Shown here: positions 1 through 9,075 of the stretch, piece by piece
Numbering within the stretch: the stretch's first letter is position 1
Layout of the letters: every line of letters starts with the position of its first letter
Source: Candidatus Micrarchaeota archaeon
GTDB taxonomy: Archaea; Micrarchaeota; Micrarchaeia; Micrarchaeales; Micrarchaeaceae
Length of the DNA stretch: 64,000 nt
Direction: 5' to 3'
NCBI GenBank assembly: GCA_021792775.1
Contig: JAJYTZ010000001.1
Span: forward strand, 4,965 to 68,964
Made by a program: the position numbers and the translations under genes
Notes under the pieces: generated by a model
What the model was told of the DNA's origin: nothing
Databases searched by the model: none
The model's input: the letters and a program-made list of their open reading frames with translations, nothing else

Positions 1-350
1 ATGCTAGATACCGCCTTATCGTACAGAAGCTGAAGCATCTTTTTGTACGTTTCTGTTCCCCTGAAATCCGCAACAGATTCGCGGATGTGCTCCTTGCCAT
101 CGTTTATCCTTTTATTGAGTTCGCTGTAGTACTGTCTGCGCAGTTCCATCCGTTTCGAGAGAAGAGACATTGTTTTTATTGAATCCGCCTCATTCGCTGC
201 CTGTTTTGATGCAGCTTCAATCTCCGAGTCTGCCTGATGTTTTGCGTCGTGTAGCATCTTCTCTGATTCAGAATAGGCGCGCTGAATTATCTCCTCTGCC
301 ATCCTCTTTGCCTCTAGGTCTACGCTCTTTATTATGTCTTCCAGAGCCAT
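1..350 (-). CDS. atpE: A-type ATP synthase subunit E, N-terminal part (ORF runs off window start)
   Basis: Hand translation from ATG at 350: MALEDIIKSVDLEAKRMAEEIIQRAYSESEKMLHDAKHQADSEIEAASKQAANEA... This is the charged coiled-coil N-terminus typical of A/V-ATPase stalk subunit E. It lies directly downstream of atpK. It is absent from the ORF track because it has no in-window stop. Confidence 0.55.
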   Translation of the reverse strand, partial: MALEDIIKSVDLEAKRMAEEIIQRAYSESEKMLHDAKHQADSEIEAASKQAANEADSIKTMSLLSKRMELRRQYYSELNKRINDGKEHIRESVADFRGTETYKKMLQLLYDKAVSS

Positions 351-360
351 CTAATCCCTC

Positions 361-600
361 TCAGAGTATCTGCAACAGCAGTATCAGTCCCAGAACGAAT
401 CCGATTATCCACAGGGTTTCGGGTATCACAAAGAAAAACAGCACCTGTCCGAACTTTTCCGGCTTTTCCGCTATTACACCCATTCCCGCAGCGCCTATTC
501 CCTGCTGCGCCATTCCTGTCCCTATTAATCCGCCGGCTATCGCAATCGAAGCTGCGACGGCATACAAAGGACTTACAGCCGCTACTACCATAATTAACAC
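361..600 (-). CDS. atpK: A-type ATP synthase subunit K (proteolipid c)
   Basis: 79 aa with two hydrophobic helices. Gly/Ala-rich first helix (AIAGGLIGTGMAQQGIGAAGMGV) and a conserved carboxylate in the second (FFVIPETLWIIGF). Confidence 0.85.
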   Translation of the reverse strand: MLIMVVAAVSPLYAVAASIAIAGGLIGTGMAQQGIGAAGMGVIAEKPEKFGQVLFFFVIPETLWIIGFVLGLILLLQIL

Positions 601-859
601 CTAAAATTCGTAATATATATGAGAAAGGAATTTATATATGACGATTGGTTAGGGGGCAGAGAAGGAGGAGACTTTTACTGTTGTCATAGAGGGAGGTGTC
701 CTAAAGAATCTGAGAACAGGAAGAGGATTTGCCTTTCCTTCCTTGGCTGGAGCAGCCACTCTCGCCTTGTATGACAGCTACAGGTTTTTCTATCACGGAT
801 TTGATGGAATCCGAAATTACTTTTACGCTTATTTCCATTTTGCACCATACAGAAGCAGG

Positions 860-2032
860 TCAAAGAATGAATAGCGGTATTTCCATCTCCTCCTTTGACA
901 TGCCGCCATGATAGCCGGCTAGTTTCGTATCCCGTTCTCTTCTCTTAGGGAACCTGTAATACATCAGATTATTACCCTTTCCTATCGCCACGTAAGTTCC
1001 GAATCTGTAGCGTATCCAACTTTTTGCGCTTTTAGCGCCGAAGATGCCAGACTTTATTGCCTCTTCAGAATCATACAGCAGGAATCTGGAACCGTAGAGC
1101 TTTGCGAACTGCTCCTCGAATTTTTTCTTTTTGTTTTCCGAAACGCCGAAGAACATAATCCTGTTGGCGCCCCACGGCGGCGCGCTGAGGTTTTCCATTA
1201 TGCTGCTTTTCGCATTTATTTGCGTGATGTTCCTTTGGGTAATAGATATCTGTCCATGATCAGAGGTTATTACGAGCTCCCAACCGTATTCCCTGAGCAC
1301 AGGAACAAGCCTTTCCGCTATGTGCTCAAGGGCGTATATGGTTATTGCAAGGCCAAGCTCTGAGTCCTTAGTATAGGTATGCTCAGCATGGTCGATGTAA
1401 TCTACGTATGCGTATATCAGCTTTTTCGACCTGGATTTTATAAGGCTTATAGACTGTATTATCAGATCATCCATCGATATGTACTTTGAATAGTTTATAT
1501 CATGAAGGAAGTTCGAGTTGGAGCTTTTCGATATTATGTTTTCATGCTGCATGTACACGAAACCTCTCCTTTTGCTCATGCTTAACAGAGTATTAAGCTC
1601 CGGAAATAGTGGATACGTATCTGTTTTCCCAATGGTCTCGTCCCTTGACGGAGCCCAAGAAAGTCCGAAAACGTTGCCTGTTTCTCCAGTCTCTTTTATG
1701 TACAAAGGGCTGCCGACTATACCATGCTCGGCTACAGTCAAGCCAGAATCTATGCTTGTAATGACCGTTGGTGTGAACGATGGCACGATTGTTGTTATTT
1801 TCTTTATTCTTGCATCTGAAAATGCCTTGCGCAGAATGGGGCTATTCGATATCGCTTTAAGCATCAGATCGTAACCCAAGCCATCTACCAGCAGGAACAT
1901 GCGCTTGGAGTTTCGCTTTCCTATCAATTTGCCGGAGCCTTTGGCAATCTCTTTTGCAGCTTCCATGTTGCTATTTTCCATTTCTGGAAATATTAACCCG
2001 GACGCTTCTAACTCAGATCTTAAACCTGCCAT
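860..2032 (-). CDS. Alkaline-phosphatase superfamily protein (type I phosphodiesterase/nucleotide pyrophosphatase-like)
   Basis: 390 aa. Metal-ligand/nucleophile region LLVDGLGYD ... VPSFTPTVITSIDSGLTVAEHGIVG, and a distal DYIDHAEH ... TSDHG motif characteristic of the AP superfamily. Confidence 0.6.
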   Translation of the reverse strand: MAGLRSELEASGLIFPEMENSNMEAAKEIAKGSGKLIGKRNSKRMFLLVDGLGYDLMLKAISNSPILRKAFSDARIKKITTIVPSFTPTVITSIDSGLTVAEHGIVGSPLYIKETGETGNVFGLSWAPSRDETIGKTDTYPLFPELNTLLSMSKRRGFVYMQHENIISKSSNSNFLHDINYSKYISMDDLIIQSISLIKSRSKKLIYAYVDYIDHAEHTYTKDSELGLAITIYALEHIAERLVPVLREYGWELVITSDHGQISITQRNITQINAKSSIMENLSAPPWGANRIMFFGVSENKKKKFEEQFAKLYGSRFLLYDSEEAIKSGIFGAKSAKSWIRYRFGTYVAIGKGNNLMYYRFPKRRERDTKLAGYHGGMSKEEMEIPLFIL

Positions 2033-2181
2033 GAAAACACAATACGCATTTACTTACTTATAGCCAACTGCAAAAGTAATTAGACTTGAAAGCTTAACAA
2101 GGCTTCTATTGAGATTAGTGAGGCGGTACTTTTCAAAAACAAACGGTTATTAAACTTGTACTATATTAATGGTGTGAGAAC

Positions 2182-3141
2182 ATGTTTGAGGTCGTGTTGG
2201 AGCGGGTTTCAAAGCGTTTGCAAGGTAATGTGACACACACACACACACACAAGAAACCAACGCGCGTTGGCATATGTGCTAATTCTAAGCCGTTAAAACT
2301 CCAGTCAGCAATGGAATATTTGATGACCTACGGGTGGGCCATCCTCATCATCGCGATAGTGCTGGTGGCGCTCTTCTCCCTCAACCTGTTCAACCCTTAC
2401 ACGTTCGCACCGAAGGCAAGTCCTGGCAGCTGCCAGATAATGAGACCGAACGGACCGGGCAGCAACATCTTCGTGTCGGAGGTCGGATTATGCAACAACG
2501 AGATCCCGCAGTATGTGGCAAAGTTTAACGGGAACAGCAGCTACATTGAAGTACAAAATTCAATTTCGTTAAATCCACCAACCACTATGAGTATGTTTGC
2601 ATGGTTTTATCCGACCTCCACCGCCACCAATCTGGTAGAAAAAGCAAATTCGTACGGGATGAAGATAGGTATATTTGGTGCATCGGCAGGCCAATTCGCA
2701 GGATTTATATGGGGAACTACTGGTGTATGTAGTTCATATCCGTTTGCGCTTTCCACAAACAGATACTATTTTGTAGGTTTTACATTTAATGGGACTACCA
2801 TAACGGAATATGTTAATGGCAAGTTCTATTGTTCTGTGTCCTTTTCAAGTTCCATACCATCAAACAGTACCGCATTAGAATTTGGAGGACCCTTAGCTTC
2901 AGGTGTGTATGTAAATGGTTCGCTCTCAAACGTCCAAATCTACAACACCTCCCTATCGCTAAGTGAGGTGACCGCCCTTTACCGTGAAGGCATCGGCGGT
3001 GCCCCTACAAACATACAGAACCTTGTGGGTTGGTGGCCGCTCAACGGGAACGCGAAAGACTATTCTGGAAATAACAACAACGGCGTTCCTACCAATGTGG
3101 TATTCACCTCCAACTGGGAGAGCGGCTACAGCACACCGTGA
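2182..3141 (+). CDS. Class III signal peptide (archaeal type IV pilin-like) protein with LamG/concanavalin-like lectin domain
   Basis: KLQSAMEYLMTYGWAILIIAIVLVALFSL matches the N-termini of the two pilin-like ORFs at 15.0-16.0 kb. Downstream, FNGNSSYIEVQNSISL...MSMFAWFYPTS...LSNVQIYNTSLSLSEV resembles LamG jelly-roll domains. The only in-frame ATG/GTG/TTG upstream of the signal peptide is ATG 2182. Confidence 0.7.
   Translation: MFEVVLERVSKRLQGNVTHTHTHKKPTRVGICANSKPLKLQSAMEYLMTYGWAILIIAIVLVALFSLNLFNPYTFAPKASPGSCQIMRPNGPGSNIFVSEVGLCNNEIPQYVAKFNGNSSYIEVQNSISLNPPTTMSMFAWFYPTSTATNLVEKANSYGMKIGIFGASAGQFAGFIWGTTGVCSSYPFALSTNRYYFVGFTFNGTTITEYVNGKFYCSVSFSSSIPSNSTALEFGGPLASGVYVNGSLSNVQIYNTSLSLSEVTALYREGIGGAPTNIQNLVGWWPLNGNAKDYSGNNNNGVPTNVVFTSNWESGYSTP
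2233..2250. repeat. (AC)9 dinucleotide microsatellite inside the 5' coding extension of the LamG pilin-like gene
   Basis: Direct reading: tg acacacacacacacacac aag, translated as THTHTH. Confidence 0.95.
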
Positions 3142-3355
3142 TAACAGTACCTTACAAATCTGCTCTCAGACTATCCTCGTGGCAACAAATCTTGAACTCA
3201 TACATTGTTTTTGGGAGAGGGAGAAGGGATTTGTATCCCTGCCGTTACGCGAGAAGGATCAGGGCCTCTAGGTATTGAAAGAGCCTGAAAATGGTGGAGG
3301 AGATCCAAAAATCAGAGAAGGTCCTTTTCGGGAAACTGGCAATCCCTGTAGGTTA

Positions 3356-3676
3356 TTAGCTTACCGCTACCGCCAACACCCCTGCGGTTATGATTATTAC
3401 GCCTATCCATCTGATAATGGGTACCTGTTCTATGAACAGCGCTCCCAGCACCACCGCGAATATGTAGCTCATTCCCCCTACGCTGTACGCCCAACTGAGG
3501 TGCGACCTTGATATCACATAGAAATAGATAAGGCTGGATGCTAGGTATGTCAGGATTCCTACGATAAGAAGGTATATCACGCCGTTCGTCAGCGATATCT
3601 TAAAGACAAGCTGCGCTGCCGCTCCCATCAGCGTCGATAGCACAAGAAAACCGATATTTGATGCTTTTTTTGACAT
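3356..3676 (-). CDS. Small 4-TM DMT/EamA-like half-transporter (SMR/ArnE-F-like), subunit 2
   Basis: 106 aa, four hydrophobic segments. Adjacent to a paralogous 119-aa ORF; such paired half-size DMT proteins are typical. Confidence 0.5.
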   Translation of the reverse strand: MSKKASNIGFLVLSTLMGAAAQLVFKISLTNGVIYLLIVGILTYLASSLIYFYVISRSHLSWAYSVGGMSYIFAVVLGALFIEQVPIIRWIGVIIITAGVLAVAVS

Positions 3677-3680
3677 GCAA

Positions 3681-4040
3681 TCAGTACGATATTGCTATTA
3701 TCAGTATGCCCAGGAATATGAGGAGTATTCCGAACACCCTCCCTTTTGAGAGACGCTCTCTTAGGTATACTGCAGAGAGTATGGTCACGAAAATGAAACT
3801 GCTTGCAAATACCGGATACACCACAGAGAGCGGAGCGGCTCTCAGCGCATAGAGGTATATTGCAAGGCTTATGAAATAGCCCAGCGCCCCGATCAGCATC
3901 ACCTTTGATTTGAGTATTGTAGGTATTATGTTCCTTGGATTCAGCTTCTTTCCCGATATTCCTTTCTTGAACAGTATCTGCGATGCCGATACGATAAGGG
4001 AAGCGATAAGTGTTATAAATATGATTATGTATATATTCAT
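3681..4040 (-). CDS. Small 4-TM DMT/EamA-like half-transporter (SMR/ArnE-F-like), subunit 1
   Basis: 119 aa. PLSVVYPVFASSFIFVTILSAVYLRERLS resembles an EamA-domain C-terminal helix pair. 4-nt spacing to the next ORF. Confidence 0.5.
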   Translation of the reverse strand: MNIYIIIFITLIASLIVSASQILFKKGISGKKLNPRNIIPTILKSKVMLIGALGYFISLAIYLYALRAAPLSVVYPVFASSFIFVTILSAVYLRERLSKGRVFGILLIFLGILIIAISY

Positions 4041-4056
4041 TTGACCACGTGATTCT

Positions 4057-4302
4057 ATGGTTATGATGACAAACCAGATACGTTTTTCGATATTTACCCT
4101 TGCATTGATACTGGTTGCTGTGATAATATTTATATATGCAGGAGGGAGCTATCTCTTCTATCTGGTCGCAGGAATCGCGATTATCGCGGGGATGATAAAC
4201 TTCTGGATGGTATCGAAAGATACCAGGGCAGAACCGGTTGTAGAAAGTGCTGCGCCTGTCCGCAGAAGAAAGTACACACGTAGCACCAGAAAGAGAAGAT
4301 AA
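4057..4302 (+). CDS. Hypothetical small membrane protein with basic C-terminal tail
   Basis: 81 aa, two hydrophobic helices then RRRKYTRSTRKRR. Ends 3 nt before topA. Confidence 0.35.
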   Translation: MVMMTNQIRFSIFTLALILVAVIIFIYAGGSYLFYLVAGIAIIAGMINFWMVSKDTRAEPVVESAAPVRRRKYTRSTRKRR

Positions 4303-4305
4303 ACG

Positions 4306-6501
4306 ATGTCGCGCAATATTTTGCTTATAGCAGAAAAGCCCAGTGTGGCCCTTAGAATAGCAATCGCGCTTGGAAACGGGCACGAGAAGAGGCTTAGCAA
4401 TGGAAAGGTCGGGTATTATTACATTGAACGACCGGAAGCGAACATCTATGTTGTGGCTGCTGTCGGGCACCTTTTTACAATAAGCCAGAACGGAGACAGG
4501 CATGACTATCCTGTTCTTGATGTCAAATGGGAACCATCTTACAAGGTGAGCCAGTCATCGTATTTCACGAAAGGATATCTGGATGTGATAAGGGATGTAG
4601 GGCGAAAATGCGATATTTTCATAAACGCATGCGACTATGACCTCGAGGGCACTGTGATAGGCACCAACATAATAAAGGATGTGACAGGAGCCGAACCTGC
4701 CAATGCAGGAGGGAAGGTGCGCCGCATGAAGTTCTCTACAACTACTGTCCCTGATCTCCTGAACGCCTACGCTGACATTGGGGATATAGACATAGACAAC
4801 TTCTACGCAGGTGAAGCGAGGCACATCATAGACTGGCTCTGGGGAATAAACCTCAGCAGGGCACTGACCAGCGCACTTAGGAAGTATGAAAAAGGAAAGG
4901 CGCTAAGCATCGGAAGGGTGCAGGGACCGACCCTCAGCGTCCTCGCCGAGCGGGAAACGGAGATAAAGAGTTTCAAGCCCAAGCCCTATTGGAAGCTGTA
5001 TGTGGACATAAACGGAACCAGATTCGAAAACGAGAGGGGGGATATATTCGACAGGGCCGAAGCGGAAAAGGCACGCGGTGAGTCTGAACTGAATCGTGAT
5101 GCTGCGCTCATAAAGAACATGACTAGGGAGGAGCTGAAAAGGTATCCTTATCCCGCATTCGACCTTACCTCCCTCCAGTTGGAGGCAAGCCGTATCCTTA
5201 AGATAGATCCTTCCATCGCCCTCTCTGTGGCGCAGTCATTATACGAACGCTCTTACATATCTTATCCGAGGACTTCCTCGCAGAAACTGCCGCCCACGCT
5301 TGGGCTGCAGAGGATAATAGAAGAGATAGGTAAGAACGACACTTACAAAAAGTATGCAGAAGAGATAATGAGGAGAAAGGCCTTTAGGCCGATACAAGGA
5401 AAGAAGACAGACGAGGCGCATCCGGCGATATTCCCGACTGGCATCGAGCCGAAGAAGCTCTCAAAGGAGGAGAGCGCCCTGTATGATTTGATTGCCAGAA
5501 GATTCCTTGCCTGTTTCGGCGAGCCGGCGGAGACTGTGCGGTTCAGGGTCAGAACCGGGCTTGGAGAGGAACATTATTCCGCAAGCGGCACAACGGTCCT
5601 GAAGAGAGAATGGATGGATGTGTATCATTTTGTTAGGGCTGAAGAACAGAACGGGAAGATTGAGGCTTTCAAAGAGGGAGAGAGATATAGCGCTGAAGGA
5701 GAAATCAGGCTGGATGAGCAGGAGACAAAACCGAAGAAACGTTTCACAAAGGCCAGCCTTATCGGAGAACTTGAGAGGATAAACCTTGGTACCAAGGCCA
5801 CGAGGGCTAGCATAATAGACACTCTTTTCAAGAGGAATTACCTTGAGGGCAATCCGATAAGCGTCACTAAGTTCGGCATGACGGTCTACAACGCACTCTC
5901 GAAGAACTGCGGCATGATAATGAGCATAGATACCACAAGACAGCTCGAGGAGGACATGGAGCTGATATCAAAGGGAAAGAAAGGAGAGGAGGAAGTGATA
6001 AAGGAGGGAAAGGAGATACTCGTAAAGGCGATAGAGATGTTCGATAGGAACAAGGAGAAGATCGCGGAGGATATGGGAAAGAGCTTTATCGAGGCTAATG
6101 CTATCGGGAAATGCCCGAAGTGCGGGAAGGAGCTCGTGATAAGAAAGTCTAAGATGGGGAAACAGTTTGCCGCATGCTCAGGATATCCGAATTGCACGAA
6201 CACCTATCCTCTGCCGCAAGATGCGAAAATACTTCCGACAGATCAGGTTTGCGATGGATGCAACACGCCGCTGGTAAGGATTATAAGGAGGGGAAAACCG
6301 CCATTTGATATGGATCTGGATCCGGCGTGCAGCAAACGCACGATAATATTCCCGAATGCGAAGAAGGCGGAAAAGAAGGAGGGAGTGAAAAGGAAAAAAG
6401 AGAAGGTAAAGAAAAAGGAGGGAACGGAAGAGGCCCGGAAGAGAACCGGTAAGAGAAAAATTCTGAAAAAGAAACCGGCAAGAAAGGAAGAAGGTGATTA
6501 A
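4306..6501 (+). CDS. topA: DNA topoisomerase, type IA, with Zn-ribbon and Lys-rich C-terminal tail
   Basis: 731 aa. TOPRIM start LLIAEKPSVA, active-site region SYISYPRTSSQKL, Zn ribbons CPKCGKELV...CSGYPNC and CDGCNTPL, and a KKKEGTEEARKRTGKRKILKKK tail. Confidence 0.9.
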   Translation: MSRNILLIAEKPSVALRIAIALGNGHEKRLSNGKVGYYYIERPEANIYVVAAVGHLFTISQNGDRHDYPVLDVKWEPSYKVSQSSYFTKGYLDVIRDVGRKCDIFINACDYDLEGTVIGTNIIKDVTGAEPANAGGKVRRMKFSTTTVPDLLNAYADIGDIDIDNFYAGEARHIIDWLWGINLSRALTSALRKYEKGKALSIGRVQGPTLSVLAERETEIKSFKPKPYWKLYVDINGTRFENERGDIFDRAEAEKARGESELNRDAALIKNMTREELKRYPYPAFDLTSLQLEASRILKIDPSIALSVAQSLYERSYISYPRTSSQKLPPTLGLQRIIEEIGKNDTYKKYAEEIMRRKAFRPIQGKKTDEAHPAIFPTGIEPKKLSKEESALYDLIARRFLACFGEPAETVRFRVRTGLGEEHYSASGTTVLKREWMDVYHFVRAEEQNGKIEAFKEGERYSAEGEIRLDEQETKPKKRFTKASLIGELERINLGTKATRASIIDTLFKRNYLEGNPISVTKFGMTVYNALSKNCGMIMSIDTTRQLEEDMELISKGKKGEEEVIKEGKEILVKAIEMFDRNKEKIAEDMGKSFIEANAIGKCPKCGKELVIRKSKMGKQFAACSGYPNCTNTYPLPQDAKILPTDQVCDGCNTPLVRIIRRGKPPFDMDLDPACSKRTIIFPNAKKAEKKEGVKRKKEKVKKKEGTEEARKRTGKRKILKKKPARKEEGD

Positions 6502-7083
6502 CTGAATGTACTACTGCCAGGCATATACAGGAAGCTGAAAAGAGGTCCGCAGATAATCCTCCCGAAAGATATCGGTATAATAATAAGCTATTCGGGCATT
6601 GGAAAGGAGAGCGTATGCGTTGATGCTGGAACCGGCAGTGGCTGGGTTGCTGTCTCTCTAGGACGGATTGCCAAGAAAATATACAGTTACGAGATACGCA
6701 GGGAGTTTGTGGATATAGCGAAGAAGAATGTGGCAATGCTCGGATTGGAAAATGTGGAGATAAGAAATGCGGATGTCAAAAAAGGGATCAGAGAAAGGGA
6801 TGTGGATCTGGTCGTGCTGGATATGCCTGAGTCGGATAAGGTGGTAAGGCACGCGGCAAAGGCATTAAGGGAGGACGGGATACTTGTCGGTTATCTTCCT
6901 CACACAGAGCAGGTCAGGAAGTTTGTCTCGAAGATGGAGAAATACCATTTTGTTGAGATATGCACTCTTGAAGTAATAGTGAGGGATATGCTTGTGAGGG
7001 ATGCGGGCATCAGGCCTTCCACAAAGGGGATATGGCATACTGCTTATCTTGTATTTGGAAAGTTAAGCAAGGAAAAGATATGA
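6502..7083 (+). CDS. trmI: tRNA (adenine58-N1)-methyltransferase TrmI/GCD14-like catalytic domain; no canonical start codon
   Basis: Hand translation from the codon after the topA TAA: LNVLLPGIYRKLKRGPQIILPKDIGIIISYSGIGKESVCVDAGTGSGWVAVSL...LDMPE...IRPSTKGIWHTAYLVFGK. The SAM motif VDAGTGSG lies upstream of the first ATG (6709). Confidence 0.7.
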   Translation: MNVLLPGIYRKLKRGPQIILPKDIGIIISYSGIGKESVCVDAGTGSGWVAVSLGRIAKKIYSYEIRREFVDIAKKNVAMLGLENVEIRNADVKKGIRERDVDLVVLDMPESDKVVRHAAKALREDGILVGYLPHTEQVRKFVSKMEKYHFVEICTLEVIVRDMLVRDAGIRPSTKGIWHTAYLVFGKLSKEKI

Positions 7084-7104
7084 GGCGTATATATAATACG
7101 CCTC
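7082..7104 (+). terminator. Perfect 9-bp inverted repeat (gaggcgtat-atata-atacgcctc) overlapping the trmI stop
   Basis: Read directly. No clear oligo-T follows, so a terminator role is tentative. Confidence 0.3.
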
Positions 7105-7463
7105 TGGGTGGATGAGAATAGGGTGTCTACCATATTTTTCAATATGGGGACGTAAGGGTAATATGCACAACCATATTTAAACCTTGCGGTGTGTTCCTTT
7201 TACGGTACTGTACTGGAATATGAAGGATTGATGATCGGTAAAGACCACGCTATAATCGTAATAATAAAATTTAATCATAAAACTTTTGCAACCATATTCT
7301 ATGATATTATCTATTGTATTATCGTCCATCGTATTGTTACAGATGTCCTTTTACGTCTCCGCCAAAATAGATTGTGGCTTCGACTTAGACAAGTATTAGC
7401 CGTTAGTTGCAGAATTAGTTTTCCGCTATCACAAACATGGTTTTGCTTGTCTTTTTGATATTT

Positions 7464-8051
7464 CTACTTGTGCTTTTCTAAAAACGCGATGTTGCGTTTT
7501 ATTAAGTCTAATTTAGTTTCCGTAAAAAGATTTAGTAAATAAATTCTTGCTGACTTGTCCGAGCTCTTTATCTCTTTTATGCTTTTTTCGCTTATTGCCT
7601 TGTTTTTGCCGCGATTTGCATATATGAAACCGACCCTAAACCATAACTCGTCTATTGCAGACGGGCTCAGTTTTTTTATCTTTTTGGCAATGGCATTTAT
7701 GGTCTTTTCCTCTACTTTTTCCGAGTATTCATTCCTTACTATTTTGAGTGCAGATGCCTCCTCTGCAAAAGCCAATGCGGAATACATCACTTCTGCCCCT
7801 ACTTCATTAAACAGGCGTACTGGCAGAGTGCTAGTTGCGTTGGGCTTAATAGCAAGGAGTTTTTCATGTTGATTTTTGATGGACGCGTTGATGCGTTTTA
7901 TGAACTCCTTGGAACCTTCCTTGTTAAGGTTACGCATCCTCTCGGATACCTGTTCTGCCTCTGACTTGTAGAGTCTCTGGCGGAAGCGGTTTGTATAAAA
8001 ACTCTCTGACATGTCAATCTTACTTATTGCCATTTGATATCCACTTATCAT
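7464..8051 (-). CDS. Hypothetical protein (helical, Lys/Glu-rich)
   Basis: 195-aa ORF in a locally AT-rich stretch. No motif recognised. Confidence 0.4.
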   Translation of the reverse strand: MISGYQMAISKIDMSESFYTNRFRQRLYKSEAEQVSERMRNLNKEGSKEFIKRINASIKNQHEKLLAIKPNATSTLPVRLFNEVGAEVMYSALAFAEEASALKIVRNEYSEKVEEKTINAIAKKIKKLSPSAIDELWFRVGFIYANRGKNKAISEKSIKEIKSSDKSARIYLLNLFTETKLDLIKRNIAFLEKHK

Positions 8052-8087
8052 TTCCCCGATTATGGGGCATGCAATGCAACAGAAAGT

Positions 8088-8387
8088 CTACTTGGCTACG
8101 GCCTTTGGGTTCTGCGTAAGATATTTGTTGACCAGGTCCACAGCGTTCTGCACCGAGCGTTTTACATCTGCCATACTCTTTGTTCCTGTGCATATTATCT
8201 TTCCGTTCTTGAATATCAGTATGGTGGATTTCGGTTCGTGGACCCTGAAAATCGCACCGGGAAACTGCTCTGGCTCGTAGTCTATGTCAAACGAGAGCTT
8301 GCCAAGAAGGTACAGATCCAGATCTGTGGCTAGATTAGCCTTAACTACTATATTGACTATACGGTAAGTCGGTTTCAACTTGACCAA
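8088..8387 (-). CDS. tbp: TATA-box-binding-protein-like protein with a single TBP repeat (99 aa)
   Basis: RIVNIVVKANLATDLDL...DYEPEQFPGAIFRVHEPKSTILIFKNGKIICTGTKSMADVKRSV is one TBP repeat, most like the C-terminal repeat of canonical archaeal TBPs. TTG start. An in-frame stop lies 19 codons upstream, and only about 100 bp separates it from the divergent rpl21e. Confidence 0.75.
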   Translation of the reverse strand: MVKLKPTYRIVNIVVKANLATDLDLYLLGKLSFDIDYEPEQFPGAIFRVHEPKSTILIFKNGKIICTGTKSMADVKRSVQNAVDLVNKYLTQNPKAVAK

Positions 8388-8489
8388 TCCCTTAGCATTA
8401 TCGTTTGACGTAAAAACACCTTTAACGTTTGCAAACCCAATCTATAAATATATTTCTATAGGTAAGTATCTGCATATCAGGGTTTTCGT

Positions 8490-8774
8490 ATGGTAAAACG
8501 TTCTAAAGGACTGCTCGCAAAAAGGAGCAGGCATCTCTCAAGGCATCATAAACCTTCAGCTCAGCGTGTACGCGATGTGATAAAGTATTTCGAGGTAGGG
8601 CAGAGAGTCGCAATCGTGCCGAAAGGGAATGTAAGAAACATACCCCATCCGCGTTATAAAGGTAAGATAGGGATCGTAACCGAGAAAAGGAAGAGAGGTT
8701 ATGTTGTAGAGGTGGTCAGCATGGGCTCGAAAAAAAAGCTTGTGGTGGACGCTTTGCACATCGAAAAGGTCTGA
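8490..8774 (+). CDS. rpl21e: 50S ribosomal protein L21e
   Basis: 94 aa. MVKRSKGLLAKRSRHL...FEVGQRVAIVPKGNV...PHPRYKGKIGIV is the L21e signature. Confidence 0.9.
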   Translation: MVKRSKGLLAKRSRHLSRHHKPSAQRVRDVIKYFEVGQRVAIVPKGNVRNIPHPRYKGKIGIVTEKRKRGYVVEVVSMGSKKKLVVDALHIEKV

Positions 8775-9075
8775 TTCTGTTATTGCTGTTTTTGACGAAA
8801 AACATAAAAAGAATAGGAAAGGTAAAAGACAGCTGTAATAACTGCGACAAAGAGTGTGATGACTGTCATTCTGGCAGGATATTTGGTACGCCTATATCGA
8901 AATGAAAAGCTACGACCCCTTAACCCGGGTCGTAGGCTTTTATATATTTTAACGTGTATTTAGGTAGGGTGATTAGATCAAAACAAATCCGAAGGTTTTT
9001 AAGTTATTAAATAAGGCGGCGGCAATAACTCCCTGCCCACCATGTAAGCATGAGATAAGAGAGCTAGCAGTTGCA

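Noticed and set aside
170-604. 144-aa plus-strand ORF overlapping atpK/atpE
   Set aside because: Pro/Ser/Ile-rich low-complexity translation exactly antisense to two well-supported ATPase genes; a shadow ORF.
701-838. 45-codon minus-strand ORF upstream of atpK (MEISVKVISDSIKSVIEKP...) as a possible atpH/atpI remnant
   Set aside because: Too short and without recognisable similarity to A-ATPase subunits H or I.
3628-4503. 291-aa minus-strand ORF spanning the transporter pair, the small membrane ORF and the topA start
   Set aside because: Cys/His/Arg/Tyr-rich nonsense-like composition. It overlaps four better-supported genes in other frames.
8856-8935. C/D-box sRNA (GTGATGA at 8856) and a 9-bp hairpin (ctacgaccc...gggtcgtag, 8909-8935) downstream of rpl21e; also a 29-codon hydrophobic micro-ORF on the minus strand (8869-8780)
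   Set aside because: No D box (CTGA) or C'/D' pair at suitable spacing. The hairpin may be a terminator-like structure and the micro-ORF could be chance. Evidence is too thin to annotate.
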